Positions 1 to 13,800 are shown, counted from the whole stretch's first letter. The stretch is 63,746 nucleotides of DNA, filler included, from Reclinomonas americana ATCC 50394 (GCA_048213135.1; 4 parts of 3 records of this genome joined end to end with filler, not necessarily neighbours in it), one strand, 5' to 3'. Translations and numbers: made by a program. Notes: generated from the sequence alone by a model not told the origin.

Positions 1-871
1 ATTGCTGGAGGAGTTCTTGGTGGCTCCACTCGGATGCACCGGCCAGATTTTCTGCGGTGTTCCCGAGTCGGAGATGGGACGCATTGCTTCTCTTACTCCC
101 CCCGATCCGTGAGTCCATGCCTATGTGTTTTGCGTATCCACACATCGGCGCGTGTCTGACCCCTCGGCGCAGGTCCAAGATGTCGCCGGAGATGGTCCAC
201 GACCCACTGTTCCCACTGGTGGCCAAGTTCGCCGATCCCACATCGATCACCTTCAAGTCGTTTTATGTCTCGCTCAGTGAGTTTGCTGATCCGCAAGCGC
301 CCAACTCGGCGGCTTGGCGCAAGGCTTCCATCCCGGCGGCCAACATGCACACACATGCGCGCACTTTGGCTCGCCTGTACAGCCCGTTTGCGAACGGTGG
401 CGTTGATGTCGGTTCGTGACAGCTCAAGCACGTCGTCGTATTGGCAGCTTCTTGCTTACGCGCTGTGACAGGTGACGGAAACACGGGCGAGCGCATCGTG
501 TCGGCAGCAACGCTGGAGACCATGACGAGTGAGCACTCGAATGCTGAATCCGACGAGACACTGGTGTTCCCGGCATCGTTTGGCTACGGCTTCATGCGCC
601 GTTGCGTGTTCAGTTTCGGCGTGCCCCACGAGGAGCACCCGCAGGCTTTTGGGCACACCGGCATGGGTGAGTGGCGTCACTTGTTCGTGCACACAACGAG
701 CACTGTTCGAGTCCTGAGGGTGTAAATGCAGGTGGCTCTGTCGCCTTTGCGGATCCGGAGCACGGCATCAGCTGCGCGTACTTGATGAACCGCATGAATG
801 GCTTTGGCGGCACTCGTAGCTGCCAGGCGCGCATCGTGCAGGCCATCTACGACTCGCTGAAGGCAAATTAG
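1..871 (+). CDS. Beta-lactamase-family (EstB/AmpC-like) serine hydrolase, copy 1, 5' end outside window
   Basis: Spliced exons give IPAANMHTHARTLARLY, FGHTGMGGSVAFADPEHGISCAYLMNRM and stop TAG 869-871. Intron positions match copy 2. Confidence 0.85.
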
Positions 872-1011
872 CAGGCGGAGGAGGAAAGAGTTGTCTCGAT
901 CAATTGCAAGTCTGTGTGAATAACTCAAGCAGTGAAGTTGCATCGACGTCGAAGCGCGTGGACAAGTCCTTCACTTGATTGTTTCAGTTGTCAAGGAGAG
1001 AGTGTGAGAGC

Positions 1012-1295
1012 ATGTCTGTCCACGGCCACTGTGATGCTGCGTTTGCGCCTGTGCGCGCTGTGATGGAGGAGCTGCTGACCAGTGGCAAGGAGGTGATTGC
1101 TGCTTTCTGCTCACTCACCCAGTCATGCATGCATGTGTACTTGCCTTACTGTGGATGCAGTGTGGACTCGCCGTGTGTGTGATGCAACACGGGAAAGTGG
1201 TGCTCGACTTGTGGGGTGGTCATACGGACGCGACAAAGGAGCAGGAGTGGAGTGAAGACACGATTGTGAATGTGTTTTCCACTGGCAAGGTGAGT

Positions 1296-1381
<86 letters not shown>

Positions 1382-1585
1382 TAGTAGTAGTACGTTACGT
1401 TACGTTACGTTACGTTACGTTACGTTACCGTTACGTTACCGTTACCGTTACCGTTACCGTTCCGTTACCGTTCCGTTCCGTTCGTTTCCGTTACNNNNNN
1501 NNNNNNNNNNNNNNNNNNNNNNNNNNNNNNNNNNNNNNNNNNNNNNNNNNNNNNGTACGTACGTCGTCGTAGTCGTAGTACGTCG

Positions 1586-1638
<53 letters not shown>

Positions 1639-3153
1639 TGCAAGATTGTTCGTATTTTTCCGACTTTGCTCTTCCCTTCCGTCACTCGTTCTCTGCCTCC
1701 CTTCTGTCGCTTTCTTTCATGTACATCCGTTGTATTCGAAGCAGATGAGTGCACACATGTTCTAGACAGTCAAGTTTTATTCTGAACGCCTGCGCAGGGT
1801 TTGACTGCACTCCTTGCCGGGATCATGGTCGACAAGGGCTACTTGTCGTTCGACACGCCAGTGGAGGAGCTGTGGCCCGAGTATTGCCGCGTGAGTCGCC
1901 TCTGTCGTGGACAAGCCTTTCTTGCTACGAAGCTCATTGTGAATGCAGAACGGCAAGGAAGGCACGCTCTTCCGCCACTTCCTCACGCATCGCTCCGGAA
2001 GTGCTGCGCTCGACAAGCCACCAGCACCTGGAATCGTCTACGACTGGGATGCTTTCGTGCACTTGCTGGAGGAGTCGGTGAGTGCACCATTGATGCGCAT
2101 GCTACAATGTTGTGTCGTCATCTTCTCATGAATGCGCCGCAGGAGGCATGTTGGGAACCCGGCAGCAAGCAGGGATATCACGCAGTGACACTGGGGCATC
2201 TCGTTGGCGAGATGCTCATTCGCGCGTATCATCGCCACCATCCCGATCGCCCCCGTCCCACATTCAGCGGACTGCTGGAGGAGTTCTTGGTGGCTCCACT
2301 CGGATGCACCGGCCAGATATTCTGTGGTGTCCCCGAGTCGGAGATGGCGCGCATCGCCACCCTCATCCCCTTGGATCCGTGAGTCGTCCATGGCAGCGTG
2401 CCCAAGTCGTCTGTAAAAAGCACTCACACTGGTGGCAGAGCCGGCGTGCCAGCCGATGTGGCCAACGATCCAGTATTCCCCATGTTGGCCAAGCTCTACG
2501 ATCCCACATCCTTCACCATCAAGGCAATCTACGGCAGCCTCCCCGACCTCGCCAACCCGCAGGTGCGAAACACGCCGGAGTGGCGCAAGGCCAGTATTCC
2601 CTCGGTCAACATGCACACGCACGCTCGTGGCCTGGCGCGCCTGTACAGCCCGTTTGCGAATGGCGGCATCGATGTTGGTTCGTCCTTCGCCTGCCTGCTC
2701 GATCCTTTTTTTGGTGACTGCAGCTTATATACAGCGACAGGTGACGGAAACACGGGCGAGCGCGTCCTGTCGGCGGAGACACTGGAGGTCATGACCAGTG
2801 AGCACTCGGAGGCGGCATCGGACGAGACACTGGTGTTCTCGGCATCGTTCTCCATGGGCTTCATGTTGAAGAATCTGTTCAATGGTGGCGTCTCATACGC
2901 AGAGCATCCGCGTGTGTTTGGCCACAACGGAACAGGTGAGTGTGCTTGGGCGACAACGCCTGCATTGCCAGTGACTTGACCTGAACACGCCGCCACACGT
3001 ACAGGCGGCTCGGTGGCCTTTGCGGATCCGGAACACCACATCAGCTGTGCATACGTAATGAACCGCATGAATGGACTCGGCGGTGCTCGCAGCTGCCCCG
3101 CACGCATTGTGCAGGCTGTCTACGATTCGCTGAAGACGAGTGACTCCCAATGA
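1012..3153 (+). CDS. Beta-lactamase-family serine hydrolase, copy 2
   Basis: MSVHGHCDAAFAPVR start, SxxK motif (FSTGK, 1276-1290), WEPGSKQGYHAVTLG, FGHNGTGGSVAFADP; GT-AG introns; stop TGA 3151-3153. Confidence 0.9.
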
Positions 3154-3339
3154 AACAATCAGTCTGACATGCTTGTTGCGCACGGTGTCCCTGTACTCCT
3201 GACAGAAGAAGATGACAGTCACAACGCACTGAAAGGGCGTACAGATTTGCCAAGAGAAATGGAAAGGAAGAAAGGAAAATTCTTGTGTGGGGAAAGAAAG
3301 AAACGGGGGAAAGCATCGCTTGCTGTGTGCGCGGTGCTA

Positions 3340-6300
3340 TTACTCGCGCTTGTGACCCGGTGGCGGCGGCAAATTGCCCTCCGTGATCTCGCGCAGCAGA
3401 CGCTCGCGCTCGCGGTTCTTGATGATGTTCTCCACGCGGCGCATCTCACCGGCCAGCATCTCGCCGATCTGCGAGGGGAGTTTGATGTGAGACGGGGAGG
3501 TGGAGGGAGGAGAAGGAGAAGGAAGTGGAGGAGGAGGAGGAGGAGGAGGAGGAGGAGGAGGAGGAGGAGGAGGAGGAGGAGGAGGAGGAGGCGGAAGGGG
3601 GAGGGAGGAGGAGGAAGAAAAGAACAACAATAACAAAACAACAACAGCAGCAACGAAACAACATCAACCAACAACAACAACAACAACAACAGCGACAACA
3701 ACAACACAAGAAGAAGAAGAAGAAGAAGAGAGANNNNNNNNNNNNNNNNNNNNNNNNNNNNNNNNNNNNNNNNNNNNNNNNNNNNNNNNNNNNNNNNNNN
3801 NNNNNNNNNNNNNNNNNNNNNNNNNNNNNNNNNNNNNNNNNNNNNNNNNNNNNNNNNNNNNNNNNNNNNNNNNNNNNNNNNNNNNNNNNNNNNNNNNNNN
3901 NNNNNNNNNNNNNAACGCCCAGCCTTCGCCGTGCGAGGGGAGCACGAACGCGTCTGCAGAGGCGTACAGGCGCGGCATGTCGCTGACCTTGAGCTCCTCT
4001 GTGATAACGTCGAAGCACGGCAGCTCCTCGAACGGAATGTGCAGCTTCTCCTCCGCGAAGCGCACAATCTTCTTGAGAATGCGCATGCGGTCGCGCGGCT
4101 GCGGGTCCAGGTACAAGTAGGTATGCAGCACCAGGCACACGCCATGGTTGCCCTTGTTGGGATTCTCCTCCGTGACGCGGAACTCGCGGAAGTAGGCCTG
4201 CGAGCAAAGAAAAGTGAGCGACAATGCAGTAGAAAAGAGAAGCGCAAAAAAGATAGACGGCACCTCCAGCAAGCCGGCCCAGTTCTTGCGGTCCTCCCAC
4301 TTGAAGATGGACAGGAACACAAAGTGGCAGTTGCGGTTGCCGCGGCCAGTCCTCGGGCATTGCTCCTCGGTCAGTTGAGTGTGATCTGCGCTCACACAAC
4401 ACACCAAGCGTGAGGGACAGCTCGAGAAGCAAAAAGGGAGAAGGACAGCTGATGCCAACCGTGCACGGTCAACAGACGACGACGGCCAGCCGGCTGGCGC
4501 TGCGACAGAACAGAGAATCAGCAACAACGATAGAGGCGAAAATCACGAAACATGTGCCGACTCACCGCGTGGTCGCCACCCTTGGAGGCAGCGAGCAGCT
4601 CGCGAAGCTTCTGGCGCAGCTCATCGTCGACAGCATCGCCCAACTCCGAAACCACCTTGTGGATCGCCGAGTTCAGCGTATCGTCGTCAACATCAGAAGC
4701 AGCGGCAGCGGCGGCGGCCTTCTTGCTCTCCTCCTCCTCGCGGTGTCGCGCCTCCTCTTCACGACGACGCTCCTCTTCCTCGCGACGCGCCTGCTCCTCC
4801 TCTGCACGCTTGCGTGCGTCTTCGAGATCCTTGGCCTCCTCCAACACCGACAGCAGGCGCTCGCGAAGAATGCGCTCCGCCAGCTCCTCGCTGGTTGGCT
4901 GGTGAGCCTCCTTCTCCTTGGGTGCCGAGTGGTGAGCCTCCTTCTCCTTGGGAGCCGAGTGGTGATCCGATCCTGCATCGAACCGGTGAGCACCACCAGA
5001 AGAAACCACAAGGAAGACAGTCAACAACTACGATACCGTGGTGTCCATGGCCGTGTCCGTGATCGTGTCCATGATCGTGTCCGTGGAAGTGATTCACGGC
5101 ATGCTCGTTGGACACCGCGGGTGGCGGCGGAGGCGGCGATGGCGGGGGACTAGACGCCGCCTGCTTCTCGGCAAAGAGACGAGCCAGATTCTCGCGCTGC
5201 ACGAGGGTGACAGTGAGACGACTGCAACGGCTGCTGCTGCTGCATATCGCGGGCGGTGACACACCTCACGCGCGAGGCGCGCCTCCTCCTTCTGACGCTC
5301 CTCCAACTCGATCAACTCGTGCGGTGGCACCACCTTGGAGATCTCGTTCATGTCGGCCATGTGCACAATCAAGTGGTACTCGATGCGCGCATCGCGGTAC
5401 CAGCCGCGCCAGTCGTTCATGAAGGCTGCGAAGGAGGGAAGGACAAGAGAATAGAACAGACGGAGTCAGTGAACAACGCCCCTGCTTCTGCTGCTTGATC
5501 GACTCACTTGCTCCGGGCAAATAGTTGGTCACCGACAGGAAGGGCGCCGTCACGGCCGGGTCGTACAGATCCGTGTCGATTGGGAGTGGAATGCGGTGGA
5601 GCATGTTGCTGGCGAAACCGGCGCGGGCAAAGGCCTCCAGCAGGAACTTGGACGGCACCCACACCTCGTCGACGCGGCTCGAGTGAGTGTACCACGACGG
5701 CGGGATCTCCGAGGCCTCGAACATGGAGCGGCCAATCACGTACGCCGGGCGTCGGCCGTACTGAATGAGACCATTGTAGGGGAAGCGCGGGTACCGCTGC
5801 GGCGTCTTGTGCGAGATCCACACGTCGCGGTACGTTTGCTCGGCCACTGACGGGAAACAAGGTGAGTGGCGGCGGCGGCGGCGGTGGGGGAGAGGAGAGG
5901 GGGGGACACACGCAACATTGGCTGTCGATCGTCTCCGACTCCTTGATCATCATCTGCTTGAGCTCGTTCTCCTTGGACTCGGGGAAACCGGGGCACAGGC
6001 AGTCGTCGCCAGCCACAATGCGCACCGGGTAGTGCTGCGGAGGGGGAAGGCGTGAGACAAGGAAGAGAGGTGAGCGACGCGGAGACACTCTCACCTTGCT
6101 CAGCGCAATGGCAAAGTTGGCGGCCTCGATCATCAACCTGCAAAACACCCGCAAGTCAGAGAGAAAAAGAGAGAGAGGATGGAGAAGCGACGCGTGTACG
6201 CACCCAGTGCACGAGCAGGCGCCAAAGTCCCAAATGACGCGAATCTGCTTCTGTGGCACCTCCACAGCCGCCAACAAGCGCGCCCGCTCATCCTCCGAAC

Positions 6301-6654
6301 GCGACGCCTCGCGCACCTGCTCGGCCAACAGACGAGCCGCAGACTCAGTCTCGCTCTCGCGCGACTCCTCCTCCTCTTGCGCTGGTGGTGGTGGTGGTGG
6401 TGGCGGCGGCGGAGGAGGCGGAGGAGTGTGCGCACGTGGCACTGCGTGACAGCAAGTGAGTTATCCAATTTGCAGTGCAAGTTGGGTGATGTGCGACAAC
6501 GGCGTTTGCCATTGTGTGTGTGAGTGTGAGGTGAAGAGTGGACTAAAGGGAGAGGAGAGGAGGATAGAGTGTGCGTGAGTGAACGAGGAGAGGTGCAAAG
6601 ATACGCATTTCTCTTTGTGCAAATGTGTGTATGCGTGAGTGATAGTGTGTGTGC

Positions 6655-6693
<39 letters not shown>

Positions 6694-7293
6694 CGTGTGT
6701 GAAGGCGAGGAGGAGTGAGTGACACGTGTGACTAACACAAGAGAGTGAAATGCACAGTCAACGCACGTCAGTCGACGCCTTTCTCTCTCACACACACAGT
6801 GTGTTGCGCGTGCGTGTGCGTAGTGCGCGTGTGCGTGTGTGCACGAGTAAGAGAGCGCGCGTGCACACAAGTAAGCATGATTCGACACACACGGAGAAAC
6901 ACCACTTTCCCTCCCTCTCACTCTCTCACACACACACTCTCTCTTACCTTCCTCCTCCTGCTGCTGCTCCTCACGCCGATGCTCATCCCGCTGCTGCTGC
7001 TGCTGCTGCTGCTCATGAGGATGCGGATGATGGTGCCCGCCCAACTCCGCCACCTCTTCCATTGCCTTTCTCTGCTCCTCCTCCATGGCCCGCAACCGCT
7101 CCTCCTCCTCCTCCTGCTCAATGCGCTGGCGGTGGTACTCGGCCTCATCCTCGCTGCGGTGCGAGTATCGGTGCGGTTTGCCCGTGCGATTCGCGCTCAG
7201 TGAGATCAGTAAGAGGAGGCCGCCTACCACGCCTACAATGATGAGCCACCCGCGTGGACTCACGTGTGACCACCAGTGACGTGAGCGACGCAT
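3340..7293 (-). CDS. Type II membrane glycosyltransferase, family 4 (GT-B fold)
   Basis: Signal anchor WLIIVGVVGGLLLLISL; RSMFEASEIP..VDEVWVPSKF; FVFLSIFKWEDRKNW; LYASADAFVLPSHGEGW (GT4 E-x7-E region running into the gap). C-terminal part is interrupted by an N-gap. Confidence 0.85.
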
Positions 7294-7542
7294 TTCCCGA
7301 CAATGAGAGTGAGAGAGATTGCAATTGTGCAGTGTGGAGGGCGGGAAATTTTGTGGCGTTTTCGCGCGCTTATTTGCCGGTGACGATACCACCCCGAGCT
7401 GGTCAAAGACATAGCTTGAGAGTATGAGACTTTGCGTGATTAGGGGCAGCACAAAAATCTAGAGGCTTGCGTACGACGGAGGAAGGCTCTAAAACGAACT
7501 CAAAATACCGATGCATTGATATTGCAACCCTTCTCCTCTCCG

Positions 7543-7680
7543 TCCTCCTCCTCCTGCTCAATGCGCTGGCGGTGGTACTCGGCCTCATCCTCGCTTCGAT
7601 GTGCGAATCGGTGCGGTTTGCCCGTGCGATTCGCACTCAGTGAGATGAGTAACAGAAGGCCGCCGACGACGCCTACTATA
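7543..7680 (-). other. Diverged duplicate of GT4 exon 1 segment (7103-7240): alternative first exon or pseudo-exon
   Basis: Ungapped alignment at offset 440; encodes IVGVVGGLLLLISLSANRTGKPHRFAHRSEDEAEYHRQRIEQEEE; differences are mostly synonymous. Confidence 0.9.
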
Positions 7681-7821
7681 ACGAACTCAGGAGCAGCCCG
7701 CTCAGTTGGACCACGGGACGCAGAAGGAGCATCTCGATCGCGCAGCCTGATTGCCTCGCCGTATTTTACAAAACGGCAACCGGTCGGCTGAACGGACGGT
7801 GAATCACACTCGGCGTTGGTC

Positions 7822-10800
7822 ATGGAGGAGGAAGAAGGTGCGCCTTTTGCGCGGGGTATTTGTGAGCGATAGACAGTGAAGCACAGAGAGAGGCGATGAC
7901 GCGCGCACAACGAGAGAGAGAAGCGATCGTCGCCTCAAACCAGTAACGTCCAATGCACGCGCTCACTTCTCTCTTCTTTCACACAGGCGACTGGAACATC
8001 ACAGTGGAAGATGTCGGTACCTCCTTCATCCGGCTCTCATGGGAGCCCCCCGTGGCTCCAGAGCCCGGCAAAGACGTTGAGTGTTGGTCGAAAAGAGATG
8101 ACTCACTCAACGATCACTCGCTCTCTCACTCACTTCTCTCTCCCTCTCTCACACACAGATCTTTACGTACACGATCCAGATCAAAGACCACGAGGCCGGT
8201 GGCGCAGGACGCGATCAGTTCGAAAAGGTCACTCTCTTTTCTCGATCGCTCTCTCTCCCCCACTCATCTCTTCGCGTCTCCTCAGTGTGGCATCAATCGC
8301 TTCCTGATCACCGATCTGGACGCCAATCACTGCTACTGGATCTTCCTCACCGCCGTCAACGCCAGCAACCGGACTGTGGCACAGACCAACTTTTACGTGC
8401 TCACGGCGGCGCACACGCGACCGCTGCACCTCGTGGAGGCCTCCGAGGACTTTGCGGTGGTGGCACTGGGAAGTGAGCCCAAGGCCGCCTCCGCCAAGCG
8501 ACACAAGCATAAGCAGCAGTCGCAGTCGCAGTCACAGCAGCAATCGCAGGCGCGGCATCGGTCGAAGCGCAAGGGGAAGCATCAGACGCCGTCGTCGTCG
8601 CGCGATTCGCCTGGCAACATGCCCAAGTCACATGCGGCGCGGTCGAAGAGCAAGCACTCGCCGGGTGAGTGCTGCGTGATACGGTCTGTTGGTCACGAGT
8701 TGTGTTCACGCCTCATTGTGTGGCGCAGCGATCTCCGATCTGTCGACCAACTCGCTCGGCACGTTTCTCGGCACCGACGACGACGTGTCGGGATTGGAGG
8801 ATGGAGACTCGGCGATTCTGGGAGATGATGACGACGACGGCATTGGGGATCTCGATGCTGATGACGACGATGATGACGATGATATTGACAGCAGTCTGGC
8901 CGACGAGGTTGATTCCGACGATGATGATGACGACCGACCAGGCTCCAACTCGGTGGTGGAACATCGTGTCTTTTTTGCGGAATTGTCGGATTTTCTGCGC
9001 CTGGGGATTGGAGCCATTGAGGAGTACCGATTGCCTGGTGGCAGTGGGTCGACGCCATCGCTGCAACGCACGACGTCGTCGTCGTCGGCGGCGGGGAATG
9101 GTCATTCCACTCGCGTAATCAAACCCACGCACAGCGATGCTGCGGTGAGGATGATGCACAGACACACCCGTCCTCGGTCTCTCGCCCAACTCTCTTGTCA
9201 TCTCGTCGTCTGTTTGCATTCATCTTTTCCACTTGCCAGTGTTAGTCTTCCTGCTCTGCTGCGCTTGTCGGGCTGTTCTGTTGGTATTCACCTCTCTGTC
9301 GTGCTGCACTGGCTCTTGTTCTCGTTTCTTGCTGCCGTTGGTTAATCATATTTCCTCCTTCCTTCCACCTTCTCCTCAGCCTCTTCGTCTCGCCCACCTT
9401 TCGCTCACTCACACTCCCGCAGCGCGAATCACAACTGACACGCGAGGCGATGAATCGAGCGCATCGCCTGTTCACCGAGTACGCTGAATGGCGCAGCGAT
9501 GATTTGTTCATTGACAACGAGCCGTTCCGTGCGGACTGGGACATGGATGTGGGACCCGTGACCCTCTACCCCTCCACCAAGATGGCGCACTTGGCCGCCA
9601 GCCGTTTCGATGGAGCAAGTCGTGCAGGTAGTGGCCGTCGTCATTTTGACTTCTCGCAGTGTGGGCCGACTCTCACTGCCTCCTTTTGCAGGCACCTCGA
9701 AGAGTGAAGTTCTCAAGCTTCTCGACAGCGTCTCGTCGGGTGGCAAGAGCGCGGTCATGGCATTCGAGTGCGACGCATTCCACGTGGCCGATCACGGTCC
9801 ACTGGTGTTGAATGATGTCGGCCTGATGTCGGAGGTGGATTTGGCGCGAGTCGGGCTGCTCCGGCAGAGTCAGAGTCAGCGTCGTGGAAGCCGACCGAAT
9901 ATGTTTGGTGAAAGTTGAGTGCGGCGAGGTTGTGCAGGGAGGCCACCGAGCACATCGTTGCTGGCACTTGAGATTGTGTTTCTCTTTGAAGCATCCTCAC
10001 TGCCTTCCACCTGTCTCGTTGGCCCTCATCTGTTCGTCTCCCTGCACGCCATTTGTTTGTCTTTCTTCTCTCTCTCCATATCTTTGCTGTTGTTGTTGAT
10101 ATGCTGGATATGGTTGAAGTTGGTCATCAAGACAGCTGTTTGTTTGTCTGCCTCTTCTTTCTCTCTCTCCCTATCTTTGCTGTTGGTGTTGATATGTAAG
10201 TTGGTCGTCAAGCCGGCTGGTTGTTTGTCTGCCTCTTCTTTCTCTCTCTTTCTCGGTCTCTGTCTCATGGAGGAACCCTCTTATCTGTTTCATTCCACTC
10301 TCTGAACTCAGTTTTTCTCTCCATCTACTCCGTCGGGCTGCCTGCTTATCTGCGTCTCCCTTTCCCCAATCTTTCCCTCTCCCTCTGTTTCCCCTTCTCC
10401 CCCCCCCCCCCTCCTCCCCTTCTCTTCCTCTCCCTCAACCTCTTCTCTCACTTTTGCATCCACCCAGACGACGATCAAACCGAAGGCAGCAAGAGACATC
10501 GCCTCGACACTCGGTTCATGCCTCCGCTGCCGCCAACCGACTCGCGAGACTCGGACGAGGAGAGTGGCGATGAAAAGGTATGTGACGATGCGCGCATAGG
10601 TTGCCCCACATCTTCATCATTCTACACCAGCTCACATCATCTCTCATCGCATCAGCCTGCCGTCTCGAAACCCATGTTTAGAAAGCGCAAGAATATGAGC
10701 CTATCATTAGGCGGCAATCCGCGACCCGACGGCAGTCACCAGGATGGCGCGGCGCGCTCGCCTTCCAGTGCCACCCGGCCGCAGAGTGCTGCACTGGCGG

Positions 10801-13800
10801 CGCTGCTGGAATTTGTACAGTTTGAGGACACTAGAATTAGAAGGAAAAATATGCGTGGTGCGTTGGTTTTGCAGTCGTTCTTGCTATCAGTCATGGCGCG
10901 CTCACCTACCACTCTTGCAACGCAGCACGTGACATGTCACCGTATGTGCGACAGCGAATGCTCTCTGCCGTGCCATTGGCCGGCGTTGGTGGTGATGCGG
11001 ACAGGTGAATTTGGTTGACGAGAAGTGTCACATGTTCACATTCCACTCACTCTCCGCGCCACTCCACCGCAGTGTCGATGACCTGGCCGACATTGCGTTT
11101 AATTCGGCGAAACACCTCGACCGCGCCGAGGCGATGCGCGCCCTGGCCACTTGGGAAGGTGAGGGAGTGCTCGACAAAAATAACGTCCAATCGATGCATG
11201 CGCCACTCAAAGCGTTTGTACTTCACAGAGGCACACACCATGGTGGCCACCCACTTGCAGCCGGAGACGGCGTATGTGTTTTGGGTCGCGACCACCAATT
11301 GCGACGAGTGGGTCATCAATCCGCGCAATCTGACCCTCAGCAAGCCGCTTTTGGTAACCACAGGTCAGGCACCCGCACCTCGGCCTGCTTCGTGAAATCT
11401 CTTGTCGCACTCATTCGTGTCGACGCAGTGCGGTTGCCGCCGACGAATCCTTCTGTTGTCACGTCGAATACGGAGTTTGTGCACTTGGCGTGGGAGTATC
11501 GCGAACCGAAACGTGTCGCACGGTCGCGACGGGCATCGGATGCCGAGCAGCCGCTGCGGTATCTCGTGCGTGCCAAGCTCAGTGCCAAAATCACGACGAT
11601 GAATGAGCTCGGCGAGATCGAGAGTGTGGACAGAGGTGGCAGTGGTGACGGCGGCGACGACGATGACGACGGTGACGATGGTATGCGTGATGCGACCGCA
11701 GCAGAGTGGTGTCATTGTGTTTACCTCTGCCTTGCAGAAGAACGGCAGCGTTGGGTGGCAGTGGAGCTGCTGACCGAGGGCACCGAGTGCGTGTTCACCA
11801 ACCTCGTGCCGAATGCCGTGTACACGATTGAGGTGTGCGCCGTGCGCGGATCGGACATGCATTCCAGCAGTCTCATCTTTGATGTGCTCACGGGTCAGTC
11901 GCTGTCTGCTCGATCCCTTGCCTTGATCGGCGATTGATTGACCGCCGTTCTCCGCAGCTCCGCGCGTCCCACCACCGCCCGATATTGTGGAGGTGGCAAG
12001 CACGTGGATTCGACTGGCTCTGCCGCGCATCAAAACAAGTGCCACGGAGTTTCATCATGTCGAGCATGGAGTTGCGTGTGGTTGCATGCACCTGTGTCTC
12101 CAATGCTTGACTCCTCCAGCTGATTCTTGTACGGAAACTCAGTTTGATTTGGAGATGGACGCTGGAGACGGAAGTGGATTTGTTTCCGTGCCGATGCGAT
12201 TCGAGCCACAATCAGAGCCTACAGCTGCAGCAGCAGCGGCGGCGACTGCCGCACCACAGCCGAAGGAACGGCACCACAGACCGCCCGATCTGCGGCGTCT
12301 TGACAAGCACGGTGGCGGTGAGGATAGCGGTGGTGCAAGCAGCAGCAGCAACACCAAGTACTCGGTGGCAGTGGTCGGCAATCTGAAGCCATGTTCATGG
12401 TGAGCGCTGCGAGTTGTGCTGCCGACTTGTCCCCCATTCATTGCTCACCCACATCACTCTTCTGCGTGCTAGTTTGTTGCTGCGACTGCGAGCGTACAAT
12501 TGTTCGCGGTCGGCCGTGTCGGCAGAGCGCAACATCAGTCACTTTGCGGAGCCCATCGAGGTGTACACGGGTGAGTCACATCGAGACATACTACCATCCT
12601 CTGCAATCCTTTTGCATTCACCCTCTGTGCGTGTGATGCGCGTTAGGACCCTTTCCGCCCATTCGGCTGACCTTGGTGGAACGCACCCACGATCGAGTTG
12701 TGATCTCGTGGGACATGGCGGAGCATTTGGAGCAGAGTGAGCGTCTCGCGTGCGATCGCCTGCTCGACCGCTATCATGCGCGAGGAAGGCGGCTGAAGGC
12801 CGAAAAGAATCGCCTGGAGCGGGCCATTCGTGACGAGCAAGCAAGACTGGAGCGAGAGGCCGAGGCCGCTCGACTCACCAAGGTTACACCTGCTTGTTGA
12901 TGCGCGCGCCAGTCGTGGACTGCAGTAATTCACACGCTGCCCCTTGCGTTTTCAGAAACCCTCACGTCATGCACTGGCAGCCGCGGCCAATGCACTGGAT
13001 CTCGGCAGCTGCAGTCAGCCACTGCCCATGCCCGAGATCTCACTGCCGGCAGGAGCCGGAGGTCGCTTCAGTGTGGCCGGTATGTTCCACTTGGGAGAGC
13101 AGGATGCGGATGGGGGAGACGGCCCGCCGCGCTACAGAAGACAGAGCTGGATGGAGGAGTCGCCACGACGACCGTCGGGTTCTGGCGAGCGCGAAGTGGT
13201 GCTGCGAGCGGAACGTGAACGCAAGGTCACTTTCTATTGCGTGCACGCAGTTCTTTCTTCGACGGCAGTGGTAACTGACCGTTTTACAGCTGCGCAAGCT
13301 GCTGCTTACCATGTCGCCAGTTCCTCTGGGAGGGGGACTCGTGTCGGCGCCACCACCGCGACCTGCGCTGGCACTCGATGGCGCCGGTGTGCGACGGTTG
13401 TCGCTTGCGGAGAGCGCGAGTGGCGACAGCACGGCGAGCCCGCCCGAGCAGCTGTCATCCCCGCTGCTTGTGCAATTGCAGGCCGAGAAGGAGCGAGTGG
13501 AGCAGGAGATCACCAAGACCGCCAATCAAAAATGGCGCGGCGCAGGTCTGTCCTCGCTGCCCGACGAGCAGGCCGAGGGTCTGGCTTCTCGAGACTTTGT
13601 GTACACGGTGGAGATGAAAAAGTTGCGCGGCTTCCCTCGGCGACGCAAGGGCGCAGCGGCACATCGTCTCGCCGATCGCCTGTCGCGCGGCGTGACTGCC
13701 GAGGCTGCAGCGCGGGCCGAGGATGAGGCGGCGGCATTGGAAGGTGAAGTAACTTGCTTGTTGACGTTTACTGTGTGTGCGTGTGTGCTCACGCGCGGTG

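Noticed and set aside
1378-1590. GTAC/GTTAC/CGT repeats beside gaps (also 15150-15190, 21931-22020, 43917-43954, 44554-44660)
   Set aside because: They resemble pyrosequencing flow noise at read ends after AG microsatellites.
7103-7680. Diversity-generating retroelement TR/VR pair
   Set aside because: Mismatches are not adenine-specific on either strand, and no reverse transcriptase is present in the window.
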